From IMG/VR virus record IMGVR_UViG_3300032213_002933: a stretch of 64,000 nt of DNA, one strand, 5' to 3'. The stretch's first letter is position 1. Each line of letters opens with the position of its first letter. Below the pieces are notes generated by a model, which saw only the letters and a program-made list of their open reading frames with translations, did not search any database and had not been told where the DNA came from. This document shows, piece after piece, positions 1 to 12,700 of this stretch. Made by a program: the position numbers and the translations under genes. The DNA is from an uncultured virus (IMG/VR IMGVR_UViG_3300032213_002933). Taxonomy: Duplodnaviria; Heunggongvirae; Uroviricota; Caudoviricetes.

Positions 1-55
1 TTAATATACTTACTAATATATCTGATTTGCTTTTAATACCATAAACGGACATTTA

Positions 56-436
56 TTAATCTCCTAGATTTTGACTTACTGATAACATGATGGGTTCGTC
101 TATATCGGATACTATGTGGATATCAAATTTAATAGTATCCCTACTGGTTGGAACGGCGGTAATCTTAATGTTGCGCCCCTTGAAAAGGCCTTCTTTTTGA
201 AGCCCAGCCATAATGAGAGCTTTGCCAAACTCTGCTGTTTCTTTTGTCTGTGGCAGTCCATAGAGTCTAGATAGGTCTATTCCAAGCTGTGGATATATGT
301 AAAAATCCCCAGGCTCCGTCATTAGTCTTAGGTAGATTTGCTGGATATCTTCATGCAAAGAAGATGGAGCCAATCCGAGATCCCTTTTTCCATCGATAAC
401 AAAATCTCCATCTAAGGTAAAATATAGGTCACTCAT
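56..436 (-). CDS. gp25/GpW-like baseplate wedge (sheath initiator) protein
   Basis: 126 aa; IQQIYLRLMTEPGDFYIYPQLGIDL resembles the gp25-family L-T-x-x-G-(D/E)-x4-P-x-x-G pattern; follows the spike genes. Confidence 0.75.
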   Translation of the reverse strand: MSDLYFTLDGDFVIDGKRDLGLAPSSLHEDIQQIYLRLMTEPGDFYIYPQLGIDLSRLYGLPQTKETAEFGKALIMAGLQKEGLFKGRNIKITAVPTSRDTIKFDIHIVSDIDEPIMLSVSQNLGD

Positions 437-1073
437 TCATTGCCTCTAATGCTAACTGGTGTGCTTGTTCGAAGAATGTTCCCTCTTTCATAAGACTTAT
501 CATATACAGGATATGCTCTTTGGAGTAATCTGATTGATATATTTCCAGTAAACCTATTTGCTCATTTGTCAATCCGTCTATACTATACTCTGATTGATAA
601 TTTTGCTTTAATTGGTCCACTACTGGAGCAAATCCATACTCACCAGTTATAGTAATGGGCTTTTGCTTTTCCTCCTGGTCATATTTCTTAGCTATATCTA
701 AATAATAGCTAACGCCATTCTGGGCAGAGTGTATCGATTTAGTATTTATTTTCACTAAAGTTGGCTCAATATAGGACGAGGCTGCGTAGTTAAAATTGTA
801 ACTATTCCACCTAAGGCCATCCTCTTTTGTGTGCATCCTGACAGAATCGCCAAAAAAGGAAATTGACTTTGATCTTGCGCTAATAATTATTCCTATACCG
901 GGAGCAGCAAATATTTCTATATCTCCTTCGTCATTTAGTCTAATAAAACTAGATAAGTCGGGGTGCGTTAGTCCAACTTCTCTATCGGAAAATTCTTTTC
1001 TTTTTTTAATTTCAGAAGATACAGGTAGAGCTGGATCTTGGTAGTTAATATTATTTATTGACGCTCTGCTCAT
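429..1073 (-). CDS. putative baseplate spike, beta-strand-repeat portion
   Basis: SSFIRLNDEGDIEIFAAPGIGIII resembles spike beta-helix strands; lies between the OB-fold gene and gp25. Confidence 0.45.
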   Translation of the reverse strand: MSRASINNINYQDPALPVSSEIKKRKEFSDREVGLTHPDLSSFIRLNDEGDIEIFAAPGIGIIISARSKSISFFGDSVRMHTKEDGLRWNSYNFNYAASSYIEPTLVKINTKSIHSAQNGVSYYLDIAKKYDQEEKQKPITITGEYGFAPVVDQLKQNYQSEYSIDGLTNEQIGLLEIYQSDYSKEHILYMISLMKEGTFFEQAHQLALEAMNE

Positions 1074-1441
1074 TAGTGGACCATAAACCTTGGTATTCCA
1101 GTATTTACCCTATATTGATAGGCTCTATTGTATCCAGAATTGGTATCGTCATAATAGTTTATCACATAAGGTTTTGCTTCATTATTATCTCTGAAACCTA
1201 TTAGGCACCTAGAGCCTGGAACTGGAGCAACAATCTGAACCCCTCTAACACTGGGGCATACTACGTCTTTAATTATATTTCCTACATTTTCTGAATGATG
1301 ATCTTCCAATACTACAACTGCAGTGTTGTTACTATTATTATAAGACATGATTACTCCAGGCCTTGATCTAGATCTTTGCATCTGAGATAGGTCAATTTGG
1401 TCTTGTATTTTCTTGTCAAATTTTGGATAATTAACTGGCAT
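1073..1441 (-). CDS. putative baseplate spike N-terminal OB-fold protein
   Basis: RPGVIMSYNNSNNTAVV...VAPVPGSRCLIGF resembles the gp5/GpV OB domain (G-V, P-x-x-G-x-x-V-x-V-x-F). Confidence 0.6.
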   Translation of the reverse strand: MPVNYPKFDKKIQDQIDLSQMQRSRSRPGVIMSYNNSNNTAVVVLEDHHSENVGNIIKDVVCPSVRGVQIVAPVPGSRCLIGFRDNNEAKPYVINYYDDTNSGYNRAYQYRVNTGIPRFMVH

Positions 1442-1471
1442 AAAAATCTCCTTACTTATAGGCTATTGCGC

Positions 1472-3730
1472 TTAATCATTTACTAATTCTGCGCCATCTA
1501 GCCATTGGTCGATATACTTAGCAGAATTCTGGCCTTGTGTACTGGCACTTAGGGAATATACGTCTTTAACCCATTTCTTTAATGCTGCTCGAGTTCCTCC
1601 GCCACCTTCATAAACTTCCACAGCGGCGTTAAATGTGACTGAACCCAACCATCCATATGGGTCTTTATAGTTATCGCCCCATGCCGCAAATACATATCCG
1701 GCTTCTGGCGTAGCTCCCAATTTTGGAAAACCATAATATGGGGTTTGTCCGGTTACCAAAGTCCAGAACATATATGCTTGGTTTAGTGGTATCCAAACCC
1801 TACGATCAACTAGTTCTCTGAGTTTTTCAACAGCGCCGTTGTGACTGCCTCGATAAAATACTTCTAATTTATATTTTTCATTTAATTTTTCATTATAATT
1901 ATCTATAGTAGGAGGTTGTTCTCCAGGATAAACTGTAGTCCAATTTTTGCTTGCTAGTTGCCATCCTTGCATCTGCTCTTTAGTTGTTCCCTCTGTTAAT
2001 TCGTAGATCTTTGTACCATGTGCCCTTGCCACATTGGAGCCTCTCTGAATTGTTCCATTTGAATATTCCCTAAATCCATCAGCACTCATGTTGATCTGGA
2101 ATATACCTAAAGACATGAAGTCTCCGGTTAAGGTTTTGGGATTGCATGAAGTCGGATTGCCTCCACCACTTTCCCTAACGGTAATTGCAGTCATAATTGC
2201 TGCAGCTTCCTTTGAACACACTGTAGTGTGCAGCAATTCGTACACCGCGGCTTGCCCTATATTCTCTCCCCAACGACCATAATAATTTGTCGTAAAAGTG
2301 GTAGGGGGGGCAGTTCCTGTCGGATCGGGAATAAAGCTTCCGTCAAAGGGATCAAGTATAAACCCAGGAGGTACTCCGTTAATTTGTCCATCGCCAGGAA
2401 CAATTCCTACTGGAGTCATTTGTCCGCCAGGTCCTGTGTATTTTCCAGCACGCATTCCACTGAAGCTTAGGTGTATATGATTAGTGTGAGCATTGTCTCT
2501 GTTGTCAGCAAAAAAGTTTACATACTCTAGCCATGGTCGACCTATTTTAAATGCGTTGGTACTTGCATCATTGTTTTTTTCGTTATCAACTCCATAACCA
2601 ATAGCATAATCTTGATGGATGCCCAATAGGTCTGGAAGAAGGTACGGGGGGGCCTCGGCCAGAGCGTCTAATAATATTGTTAGGGCGCCATCATAGATAT
2701 CTTTACTAACTCCGCCTCTTAAATTTATTGGATCGTTATTTATTTTACCAACAGATGATATGTCTACAGCTCTTCCACTAGAGTGATCGCTCAGCCATAG
2801 CTGTTGCTTATCATTCGCTACCATTGTCCACTGTCTTCCAGAGTCGAAGCTGCCAGTAATAGTTACTCCTTTTCCGTGCAAGAAGATGATAAGCTCTATC
2901 AAAGCTGGAGCTACATACGCGTTTATGTCTGTTGGATTCTGTAATATTATTTCATTAGAAATAATTCTTTCAGAAATATTGACTATTGCATCAGGAAAAT
3001 ATGTATCTTCACCATTGTATACTGTTGTTCCATTAGTAGCAAACTCATTTGGAATGTCAAACTTAAAGCTTGTATCCCCAAACTGATTAGGATATTTAGA
3101 GCGCAATAAATCTATCCTCTCTTGATACCATCCCTTTTCCAATTCAGTCATTTGAGTAAAAAGTGCTACATTTCTCATTCCTGCACTCTGAGTTTCGGTG
3201 GATGGTATGTCCTCTCCGGTAGATGAATCATCTGTAGTCCCTGCCGTTTCTGTGCCATAGTTGCCGACGCTTATCTGTTGCATATTGGCTATTGAGCTGC
3301 TAACAAACGATCCACTAAAATTTTTTCCACTCAATGAATTTGCTATAATTCTATTGATTGCGGCTCCTCCAGTTAAATTACTAGTCCCCTTATCGTCTCC
3401 TTGACTTTCGGGATTACTAACTTTAACATTTGGATTTTCCTGATTGCCTGCTGATGCTATTGATCCGCTACCTGTAATTAGTGTATTTAGCGAAGAAGAT
3501 ACACTTTTGTTCATTGCAGCAATAGCGTACTTTGGACTTCTAAAAAACGCATCACCATTTATTACATCTGATAATGTTCTTGCGCTTAGAGTTTGACCAA
3601 CCATAGGCCTGCCCATTGAGGCGCTAGTGTTTTTTACTGGCGTTTTTCCACCCGGAAAAAAGTCTGCGTGTAAAGAAGTTGCAAATGATGCCGAATCGGC
3701 TAAGGCTGCATTATTAAAGCTAAATGACAT
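1472..3730 (-). CDS. virion-associated peptidoglycan hydrolase: M15-like Zn peptidase plus SLT-like transglycosylase
   Basis: SDHSSGRAVD (H-x6-D) and HTNHIH metal motifs; AITVRESGG...SLGIFQIN lysozyme-like motifs; baseplate context. Confidence 0.75.
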   Translation of the reverse strand: MSFSFNNAALADSASFATSLHADFFPGGKTPVKNTSASMGRPMVGQTLSARTLSDVINGDAFFRSPKYAIAAMNKSVSSSLNTLITGSGSIASAGNQENPNVKVSNPESQGDDKGTSNLTGGAAINRIIANSLSGKNFSGSFVSSSIANMQQISVGNYGTETAGTTDDSSTGEDIPSTETQSAGMRNVALFTQMTELEKGWYQERIDLLRSKYPNQFGDTSFKFDIPNEFATNGTTVYNGEDTYFPDAIVNISERIISNEIILQNPTDINAYVAPALIELIIFLHGKGVTITGSFDSGRQWTMVANDKQQLWLSDHSSGRAVDISSVGKINNDPINLRGGVSKDIYDGALTILLDALAEAPPYLLPDLLGIHQDYAIGYGVDNEKNNDASTNAFKIGRPWLEYVNFFADNRDNAHTNHIHLSFSGMRAGKYTGPGGQMTPVGIVPGDGQINGVPPGFILDPFDGSFIPDPTGTAPPTTFTTNYYGRWGENIGQAAVYELLHTTVCSKEAAAIMTAITVRESGGGNPTSCNPKTLTGDFMSLGIFQINMSADGFREYSNGTIQRGSNVARAHGTKIYELTEGTTKEQMQGWQLASKNWTTVYPGEQPPTIDNYNEKLNEKYKLEVFYRGSHNGAVEKLRELVDRRVWIPLNQAYMFWTLVTGQTPYYGFPKLGATPEAGYVFAAWGDNYKDPYGWLGSVTFNAAVEVYEGGGGTRAALKKWVKDVYSLSASTQGQNSAKYIDQWLDGAELVND

Positions 3731-3739
3731 TTTTCATTC

Positions 3740-6700
3740 CTATGTTCCTGGATTCAATGTAACTTGTCTTGGAATTAACGCTGATTCTTCTGCGCTAATA
3801 ACTGATTGAGACTCTATTTGCAATTGCTTTGTATAAACTTTTGCAAGATTATTAACGACGAGTTCCCAGTTTAGAGTAGCGGGATATCCATCTTCGTAAT
3901 ATTCATCCCAGAATATAGTAGGCCACTCATTAACCTTTTCATAAGTTGCCTCTAATACCTTAAAGCAAACTAGATTGTTATAAAATCTAGTAAAGTCTTC
4001 TTCCGTCAGTCCGTAATCTGCCACTGATTGTATAGAAAGATCTAATGGTGGAGTGTATTGAATATCTAAAGTATTGATTTTGTCTATAATTTTAGATCTT
4101 TTTACATTGAGAGGAGACTCCTCGTATATCGAAGTAAAGAACTTTTGAGTAACGGGATTGGATAAGTCTCCAACCTCTATTACTTTTCCTCGGTTTGTGG
4201 CAAAACATGATCTAACAAAGTCTTTTGCTTGATTAATAACTGATTCTGGCTGGTAATACCAAACTGTTGCCATTGCTCTAGTTCCCTCATCCCCCATGAA
4301 AGAATCTTTTGTATAATTTGCAAATGTATTTTCAGTGGCTCCAGGTTCAAACTGAGCTTCAAATATAACTTCATTACTTGAGCTATTGCTAACTTTTAAT
4401 CTTAATACAAATACTTTATTGGATAATTTACTCTGTGTATAGATCTTAGCTCTACCCCCAGGGGTTGAAGTGGACGTTAGTGTTGTTGTGTTGCCAAATG
4501 GGTAATTTACATCCCCACCTGGTTGACTTGGAAGTGTTCCGACTCTTGTGGTATTAGTTTCTCCTGTGTCCATTCCGTCAAATCTCACAGTAAAAGTTGC
4601 TCCAGATATAACGTCTTCAACATCAAAGGTGTCACCGTCTTTAAAGTTAGTAACTGTTGCTATTACTTTAAATAAGGACGTTTGCAGGGAAGTTTTTTCT
4701 GGACCAAGTCCGCTAAGGCTAAGAACTCGAGCGTGTGTTAATGCATTTTCGTAGTCAGTGTATCTAACTAAGTCTTTTATTTCAGTTTCCTGCCATCCTA
4801 GGCTCTTTAATAGGTCATCGCTTCTAATGAAAGCATATCCTTCAGGGGTTTTTACTTTTGTTTTTGTCCCTAAAATTCCTGGTAATAAAGCTTTCGTGTG
4901 ATATCTGCCCACGACCATACCTTGATTATATGATAATCCTGCGTCCATTGGTTGACCATTCTTATTGAGATACTGAACATAGCAGCCATGCTGATCGAGT
5001 ACATTATCCCTTAGCCATGTCCAGCCCTTCCATGCTAATTGCCCAACAATTGGAATTGCCCTTGTTAAAGATGCTCCTACGACTGCAATAACCGTATCTG
5101 CCCCTGGGACTTTACCTTGCCCTGCTTTTTCTATCTCATCTGCTGCTTTATCTGGAAGGCTTAGCGCAGTTTGATTTGCCATAATGTCCTTCATTAAAGC
5201 TGAAGATCCGTGCGTATATTGGATTCCGCCAATCATCTGTGTACTCAAAGAGTCTGCCAGGGCATCTACGGAAATATTACCACCCATGTTTATACCAGAG
5301 TTTGATGCCATAATGTTATCCATGTAGAATCTAGTATCATTTCTTAGATTCTGCATGCTGAGCCATGAGTGCAACCACGTCGACATAAACCATCTAGAGG
5401 GATCATTAACTGTGACTAAGGCATTGGGTGTGATACTGGTAATGTATCCCATCTCTGAAGTAAAGTGATGAACCACTTGTTCTACCTCAAATATTCCATA
5501 CATTCTACTATAGACATCAGATAGGTATACTAAGTCGTGCGGTCTGATGTCTGGATTTCCCACTAAAGTAAGTTCTCCACCATAAATATCTTTAATAGAT
5601 TCTTTTAGATGGGATAGTGCCACTCTTCTTGCTGAAAGTTCGTCTGGTGTACCTTGTAATGTTTTTGCATATCCTCTAAACGTTTCCAGCGGATGCATAA
5701 ACGGGTGAAGTACTCCAAGGAATCCAGAACCAACCATATTGTCATAATATAATCCAGTTTCAACTGTGGTCTCTGTTTGACGCTCCGATGGAGCACCTTT
5801 ATCTAATGCAACCGTTACTGGATTTTTTCCATCAGAAACGGCTGTAATAACAGTTGAGACGTTATTCAAATTTTCTTGAATTTGATTGGATATAATATGA
5901 GAAAAAGAACTTAAATAATGTATTCTTTGGAATGGCTGGCGAACCTCTACTACAGGCTCTCCATATTCTCTGGTGAATGGATTGTCAACAGCTCTTAGTA
6001 GCGTTCCTGGCCTTCCAAGTGAATAGTATATTGAATCATTTAATACCTTATTAAGAATATGGGCCTGCTTGCTAAAGTTTCCAACTTCAGAAAGTGCATA
6101 TCCCATCTGCATCATGCTCAACTTAAACATACCTAAGAGTGAGCTCAGGCCATCTCCAATAGCTCCAAGTATTGGACCAATATTGGCGTTATAAAAATCT
6201 GATATGTCCTCATCTATTCCACCAATGAACGTTGAAGAGTTACTTCCTTCTCCCTTTGTCGAAACTAAAAGTTTTAGGAATTTACTATTATCTTTAGCGT
6301 ATTGGCTATATGGATTAATGAATGCTTCAAACACTTTATCCACTGGCTTAAAGGACCACTGTCCATCTTTGCCTCCTCCGCCAGCTGTAATGGCACCACG
6401 TTTTCTGTCTGGTTTGAGTACTAGCCAAGCTCTACCATATCCAGAGCTCCAAAGCTTTTGTCTAAATAATCCAACCATCAATAAGAATAGTTGCTTAGGT
6501 GTCTTAACTGCTTCTGATAAATTTATTGCAGTTTCTGGATTATCTTTATTCTCAATTGAGATTGAGAGCGCATTATTAATTACCTGTGTTTCAAAGAAAT
6601 TTGACCTGATGCCATCTAGTGATCTAGAGATAACGCTATTGAAATACTGTATAATTCCAGCGTCACCTTGGACTCCCTTGCTTTGATAGTCTATATAGTT

Positions 6701-9700
6701 TTTTCTAATAAACTCCACAGCTTCTATTTTATCTTGAGGTGTAGATTTAGTAGAACCGTAATTGCTTCCGTATTCAGTTTCTGAATTAAAGAAATCGGAA
6801 CCCAATAGAATAGCTAATTCATCTACTCCTGTGCCCTCGGTTGCAGAAAGGCCAGGAATTTTTATATCAGATTCTGAGAAATTTTGGAATGAGGTAACAT
6901 TGTTTGCCCCTAGTATTCTTGAGAATTCTTCAGGGAAAGGATCTGTTGAATCAGCATCCATGCCATATGTTTTAGTAAATATAGCCTTAACGCTTTCGTA
7001 GGTGTGATATCCAAATCTAAACTGATCCCAAATATCGCTTGCCTGATTAAGTGTTCTTCCGTTTCCAGCTATTACCGAAACATTAGGGTCAAAATTTTCA
7101 TCGTAAAAAGATCTAGCTTCAACTGAAGTTGAATCCATTGGCGAATAGACAGCGGCAAAACCGACTCGTTGACCACCAGTGTCTCTATCGCCGGTATCGT
7201 ATGATTCCTTATCGAGGCGTTCATATAACTTACCCTTATCTAGGGCATCGTAGTCCTTATCCAGGATTGCTTGAAAGTAGCTTGGATCATCTCCACTTTG
7301 AAGAATGTTCCCACCATATTCATAATTTATAGCAGTGATCTTAGCGTTCTCCGCAGAATATTCTTCCAGTGAGTTATTACGACGACCAGCAGCCGCGCTA
7401 GTCCCTTTAGAATCGCCAAGATCTTCGGGAATAAGGGCTGATTTTGAGGCAATAAATTTATTGCTATCTCCATTATCATTTATGGCGTATTCTCCAAAGC
7501 CAATAATATATGCATTTGCGTCAGTGGTGTCATAAAATCTTTTTGCCGGAGCTGCGGCGGCTGCAACGACTCCCAATGGGGTACCATCTGGCACAAAAGC
7601 AAAGAGGCAATCAACGTCTCGTGGAAATGTGCTTAAGCCGCTTGCTTTTTCCAATTGAGCGTATGTGCTATTTGCTATGGTCATATCTAAGGTATTTGAA
7701 TCATAGCTTTGCAAATTGGCCCAAGCGGGTAAAGATTCTGAGAGTTCACCAATTAAATTAGCTCCTTCATTGAACTGAGATACAAATGTTCCTAAGTACC
7801 ATGCAGCGTCGGGGGATACAACTGCTGCAACTTCTTCATCATTATCCTCTCCCCACATAAAGTATGCCGGGGCACAAACAACTGCCCTTCCCGTTAATGG
7901 ACTAAATACAAGTACTCTTCTTTTTTTGTAGTCGCTTGCTGTTCCGTATAGATCTTCGTTAGGGAAGTAAATATCTTTAAACTTACTGAGTGACGCATCG
8001 GGAATCGGTCCATCGGATGTGGTAGGCGAATAGGGCCATTTCATGGCTATGTAGAATTGCTCTTCCGCAGCAGTCGCTGGACAACCCCATTCCTCATATG
8101 TTATTTGTTGATTTAATTCATATTCAAAACTGAAATCATCCGAATTCTCTCCTGTTTGAGCAGTAGTACTATTGATCATCTCAAAGCCTACTAAAGGATA
8201 GTTTTCTTTCTGTAAAGAAGAAACAGACGGCAGCGGCATTCTTGCGACAGTAGTTTGATCTAAATTTAAAAACTCCACGCCAGAAGAACCAATCGAGTCC
8301 ATAAGACTCGTAAAACCTAAAGGTCTATCTAATTCCAATATGCCAGAACTAGGTCTTATTGTAATCTCCGTCTCTTGCAAAAAGCGCGATTCTAGTTGAA
8401 GAAAATATATTAAGTTTACTGCCAGCGTAGCCCCACCTTCTGTGTACTCAGATGATTTTATAGCTTGATTGTATCTATCCATTACATTTTTTTGATTGAA
8501 CAGAGTTTTATCAAAATCGTCAAGGTCATTAGTATCTATTTCATTTTTGGCTGAAAGAACTTCAGTAAATCCAGAAAGTAAGCCACCATCTCTAATCTCA
8601 TAAGATTTTTTATCAAGAACTGTAGTTTCGGATATTGTATAAAATGGGTATTTAAATCTTACTGGAAGATTATCTAGTTGTCTATGATCATAACTAGGAG
8701 TCAAAGGTGCATACGTTGCGTCATTGGTGCTAACTGGTAAGTGAAAGCCCATCTTAACTTTACCAGAACTGACAGGAAGTTTAGAAATAATAATTTCATT
8801 TCCATCTGTGTCTTTGGTAGTTCTTATCTTTGCTAGATTTGAATTAAAATTCAATAACTTTCCTGTTAGACTTTTCGTTGGAGCATACTCTCCAGTAGAA
8901 GATGCTTGGTCTATTGCTAGTCCAGCCATGACATCACTAAGTTCTTCGGATCTCTTAAACGCTTCGTAATCAGCTAATGAATTAGACTGCTTATTTACAT
9001 TATTCATAATTGTCTGAATATCTTCATCGGGACTTCTATCTTTTGGATAGCCTGGAAGATTTAATTCATTAGCTTTTCTTACGCTTGGGAAGCCCGTAGT
9101 CACTGGAACTACACCAGAAGTATATAACCAATGCGGCTTTCCGTAAAAAATAGTAGATCTATCCTCAAAAGGTCTAACTGCTACTATGTAATTTGGTAGT
9201 AGCCTTGCGCACATTTGGAAAAGATCCCATACGGTTCGCATGTATGTTTGTGCGCGGAATGAAACTTCATCAAATCCACTCAAGTCATCGTCGGCATTGG
9301 GTGCAATGATTCCCATTGTTCTGAATACGTTATTGCCACCCCTACCTCTTAGTAGGCCCATAAGGGCTCCGCCTCCCGCTATTCCTGCGATAACATTAAC
9401 TCCAGGTATGGCGGCAATTCCCGCTGTTAAACCGCCTAATAGTACGTTCTTTACGACTCCTGCTCTTCCTTCTGCGGAAATGAGTTTATTACCTTCAACA
9501 TAGGAATCTATGGTAGCACTAGCAGAAACTGAACCATTTTGAGCTTCTACTATTACCCTATTCCATGATCTATCTGTTCCATTTTCTAGATATGCTTGCC
9601 CAGCTAAAGTTTTTCCATCGCCCTCGACTAAGGAGGCTGCGGTGAGCCATCCATCATCCAGGTCTCCACCTAAGAATTGTGCGAATCCGGTTCCGTTTCC

Positions 9701-12700
9701 AGGATAAATATTTCTTTTATATAATTCAAGATCTACTTCTGAAGAAAAATTAGACATTAGTTGACCCATACTGGTCATAATTTTTCCATCCCCAAAAAAT
9801 GTACTAACAGGATTTCTTGTGAATACATTTGTTGATAATTTAAAGGTTGCGGCATTAGCTGCTCCACCAATGTCTCCTTGCCCAGCGTTAGCGTAAGCGT
9901 TGGTGACAACGTTTCTCAATCCATCGGCTCTTTGTCTTTCAACTTCATTGAGTGGCTCATATAATATTGTGCCAAAATGCCTAATACCAAATCTATTTTC
10001 AGAAAAAACCGTTCCTAGAGTTGCTCTAGCTATTGCTTCGCGAACCCTAGATGCCCCCATACTTAAGAGTCTAACCATTAAGTCTCTTGGCTCAGAAAGG
10101 TACATGCCAGTATCTACTCCGCCATCGATTTTTCCGGAGTCACCCTTTTTATTTGTTGAGTTGACTACGGCACCTAGTTCAATTGCGTCAGATTGGGCAG
10201 TGATAGTAACTATCTCCCCTTCTTCAACATTTGTTATAACTCCATTGAATAGTGTTTGTAGTGAGTTTGGATTCGAGCCATATCCGCCTCTTAAGTGAAG
10301 TCTAACTCCTGGCTTTAATCTTATGTTGTTAATGTCAACAACGTAATCATTTCTCATTCCGGAAATAATATTTTTAGCTATATTTAGAGTTCTATCTAAG
10401 ATTGCGCTAATTCCATCTACAGGCGTTAGGGGATCATTGTTGAAGTCGTCATTACCTGCGTTAAATATATCTGTAGACGGGCGCGTTGTTAACTTGGAGT
10501 ACATGTTTGAAACTCTCAATATTAATGTGTCTCCTAATAAATCTTCAGATGATACAACTGAAAAATCTATAACAGACTGAAGTCCATAGAAATTATCGAA
10601 CAATTTAACACCTGCAAACATTCCACCTTCATCTATAAGCCATAGCATGTAAGTAGGGAATGCTCTAATCATGCGCCCAGATATATCTCTATATTGGACA
10701 TCATTCAACATCTTTTCCATATGATTATTAAAGGAGCCATCATAAGCTTTTTGGTACGCAGACAGCGGTTGAGCTCCACTGATTCCGGTTAGGGAATTAG
10801 TGCAACCTGTATCTGGAGTCTGCATATCTTTTACATAATTGCTTTCAAGCTTTTTTGCGCCATCTTCAATTTTAACATTAGCGCCTTCTATTGTAAGGTA
10901 AAATCTTCCAGTATCTTTATTGATATAGCCAAAATGCGTTCCAAGAGCGCTGTACATTATTGCTGGAATTTCACTAGCGGATTGTTCTTCAGGATTAGTT
11001 AGTGGAAGTAAATTAATAATTTTATGAAAATCGACTTCATCTGGATCAAAACTAACAAATTCTTCTTCTGCTAAATGAGAACTAGCTAATACTTGTGCAA
11101 TAATATCTTCTGTTTGCGAACTTGTAATTCCAACATTTCCTATAACGAATGGTGCTCCATTAAACTCTTCAAAGAGTTGGCTACCCTCAGAGGACTGTGA
11201 AGCTAAGAATATATAATCAGTTAAAAGTGCATAATCTTTAGCGGTTTCATTATTTGCCCCTAGTATAGATTCCTGGAACAGCGCAACAAAGTTATGAATA
11301 CTGATTCCAGACTCATTTACATAGTCTATCATTTCGTTGATTAAATCCTGATTTGTTTGCCTTCTAGACTCTGCCGCAGCAGCGTTTGCGGCGTCCGTGA
11401 ATGAATATCTTCTCATGAAATCTTTAATCCTATTTTTTACGGATTCAATTTTTCTTTCAATAGCATCAGCTCCGCCAGGACCATCAGTATTACTTGCCCA
11501 TTTATCTGTACTGTCAAAAGTAAAAGCCTTAGTTAGATCTACTTGAGTAGTATTATTATTGATAATGTCACGATCAAACATTTCGAAACTTCTAAAATAG
11601 AAATCTGGATCTAGGTTGCCAACAATATCTCCATTCTTATCCTTTACGCCTAATGGAAGGTCGGGGTAGGCATTAAATGAACCCCACAATTGCTTCATTC
11701 TTAAGAAGGGATTTCTCTTCGTGCCAAAATGTTCGATTAAGTCTTTTTGCTGCTTTGAAGAAATTTTCTCTCTCTGCTGCTGGAATATGTCAAAGTCAAC
11801 TAGGCTCAGTTGGACTGAGTAGACATGTGGGTAATTCGGTATTGTGTCCACTTTATAATTGAGTGGTAATACATATTTAATACCCGATAACGCAGTTATA
11901 ATATTTTTAATTCCTAAGAATCCTATAACTCCAGTAGAATGTTCCAATCTAGCTAGACCATTAACATGGTCAAATACTGATCTAATTTTTAATAATTCTT
12001 TTTCACCAAAGACAGTCATGGACACATTAATGTAACTATCTTTTCCGCCAATGTATTGATAGCTAGGCTCATCTTGCATTTGAATTTGTAGTTTTGCTAA
12101 ATTATTACCCATCGACACACTAACGCCGTTGACTATGGCATTTTTTGGATCTAGATCTACGCGATTCATTGGAACTTCCCACTCATTAAAGTGGTAGTCT
12201 CCATCTTTCAGCCTAGTTGCCTCCATCATATTCTTGACAAAGCCATCCGTAAAGAATCTTTCATACATATTTACTTGAAATGCTTCAGTTACCTGCTGTT
12301 TAACCTTTTCTCTATCTGGCTCTATTCCGGTACTTTTGGTCTGTCTAGCAATTTCTTCGTCAATCAAGATATCTAATATCTCTCCAGAATTATCGGCTCT
12401 TTCATCAAACCTATACTTGATCTCATTTAAGCTCTTATCGCTTGTTAACACTCCGTTTAGATAGTAAGACTCTTCAGTACTAGAGTATTGATAGAAGTAT
12501 CCGGCTACCAGGACTCTTTCTTCTGGCCCCAAATAATCTGTAAGCCACTTTTTTTGTTCTTCATCTAGCCTGGTTGCATTTTCAGCTACAAAAGATTTTG
12601 CTAAATAAAGATAGATTTTTTTCTTAGTGTCAGTAGTGGATATGCCTGCGGTAAGTACATCAATTGCCTGCGTTAAAAAAGTTCTCATACCCTTTGGAGT

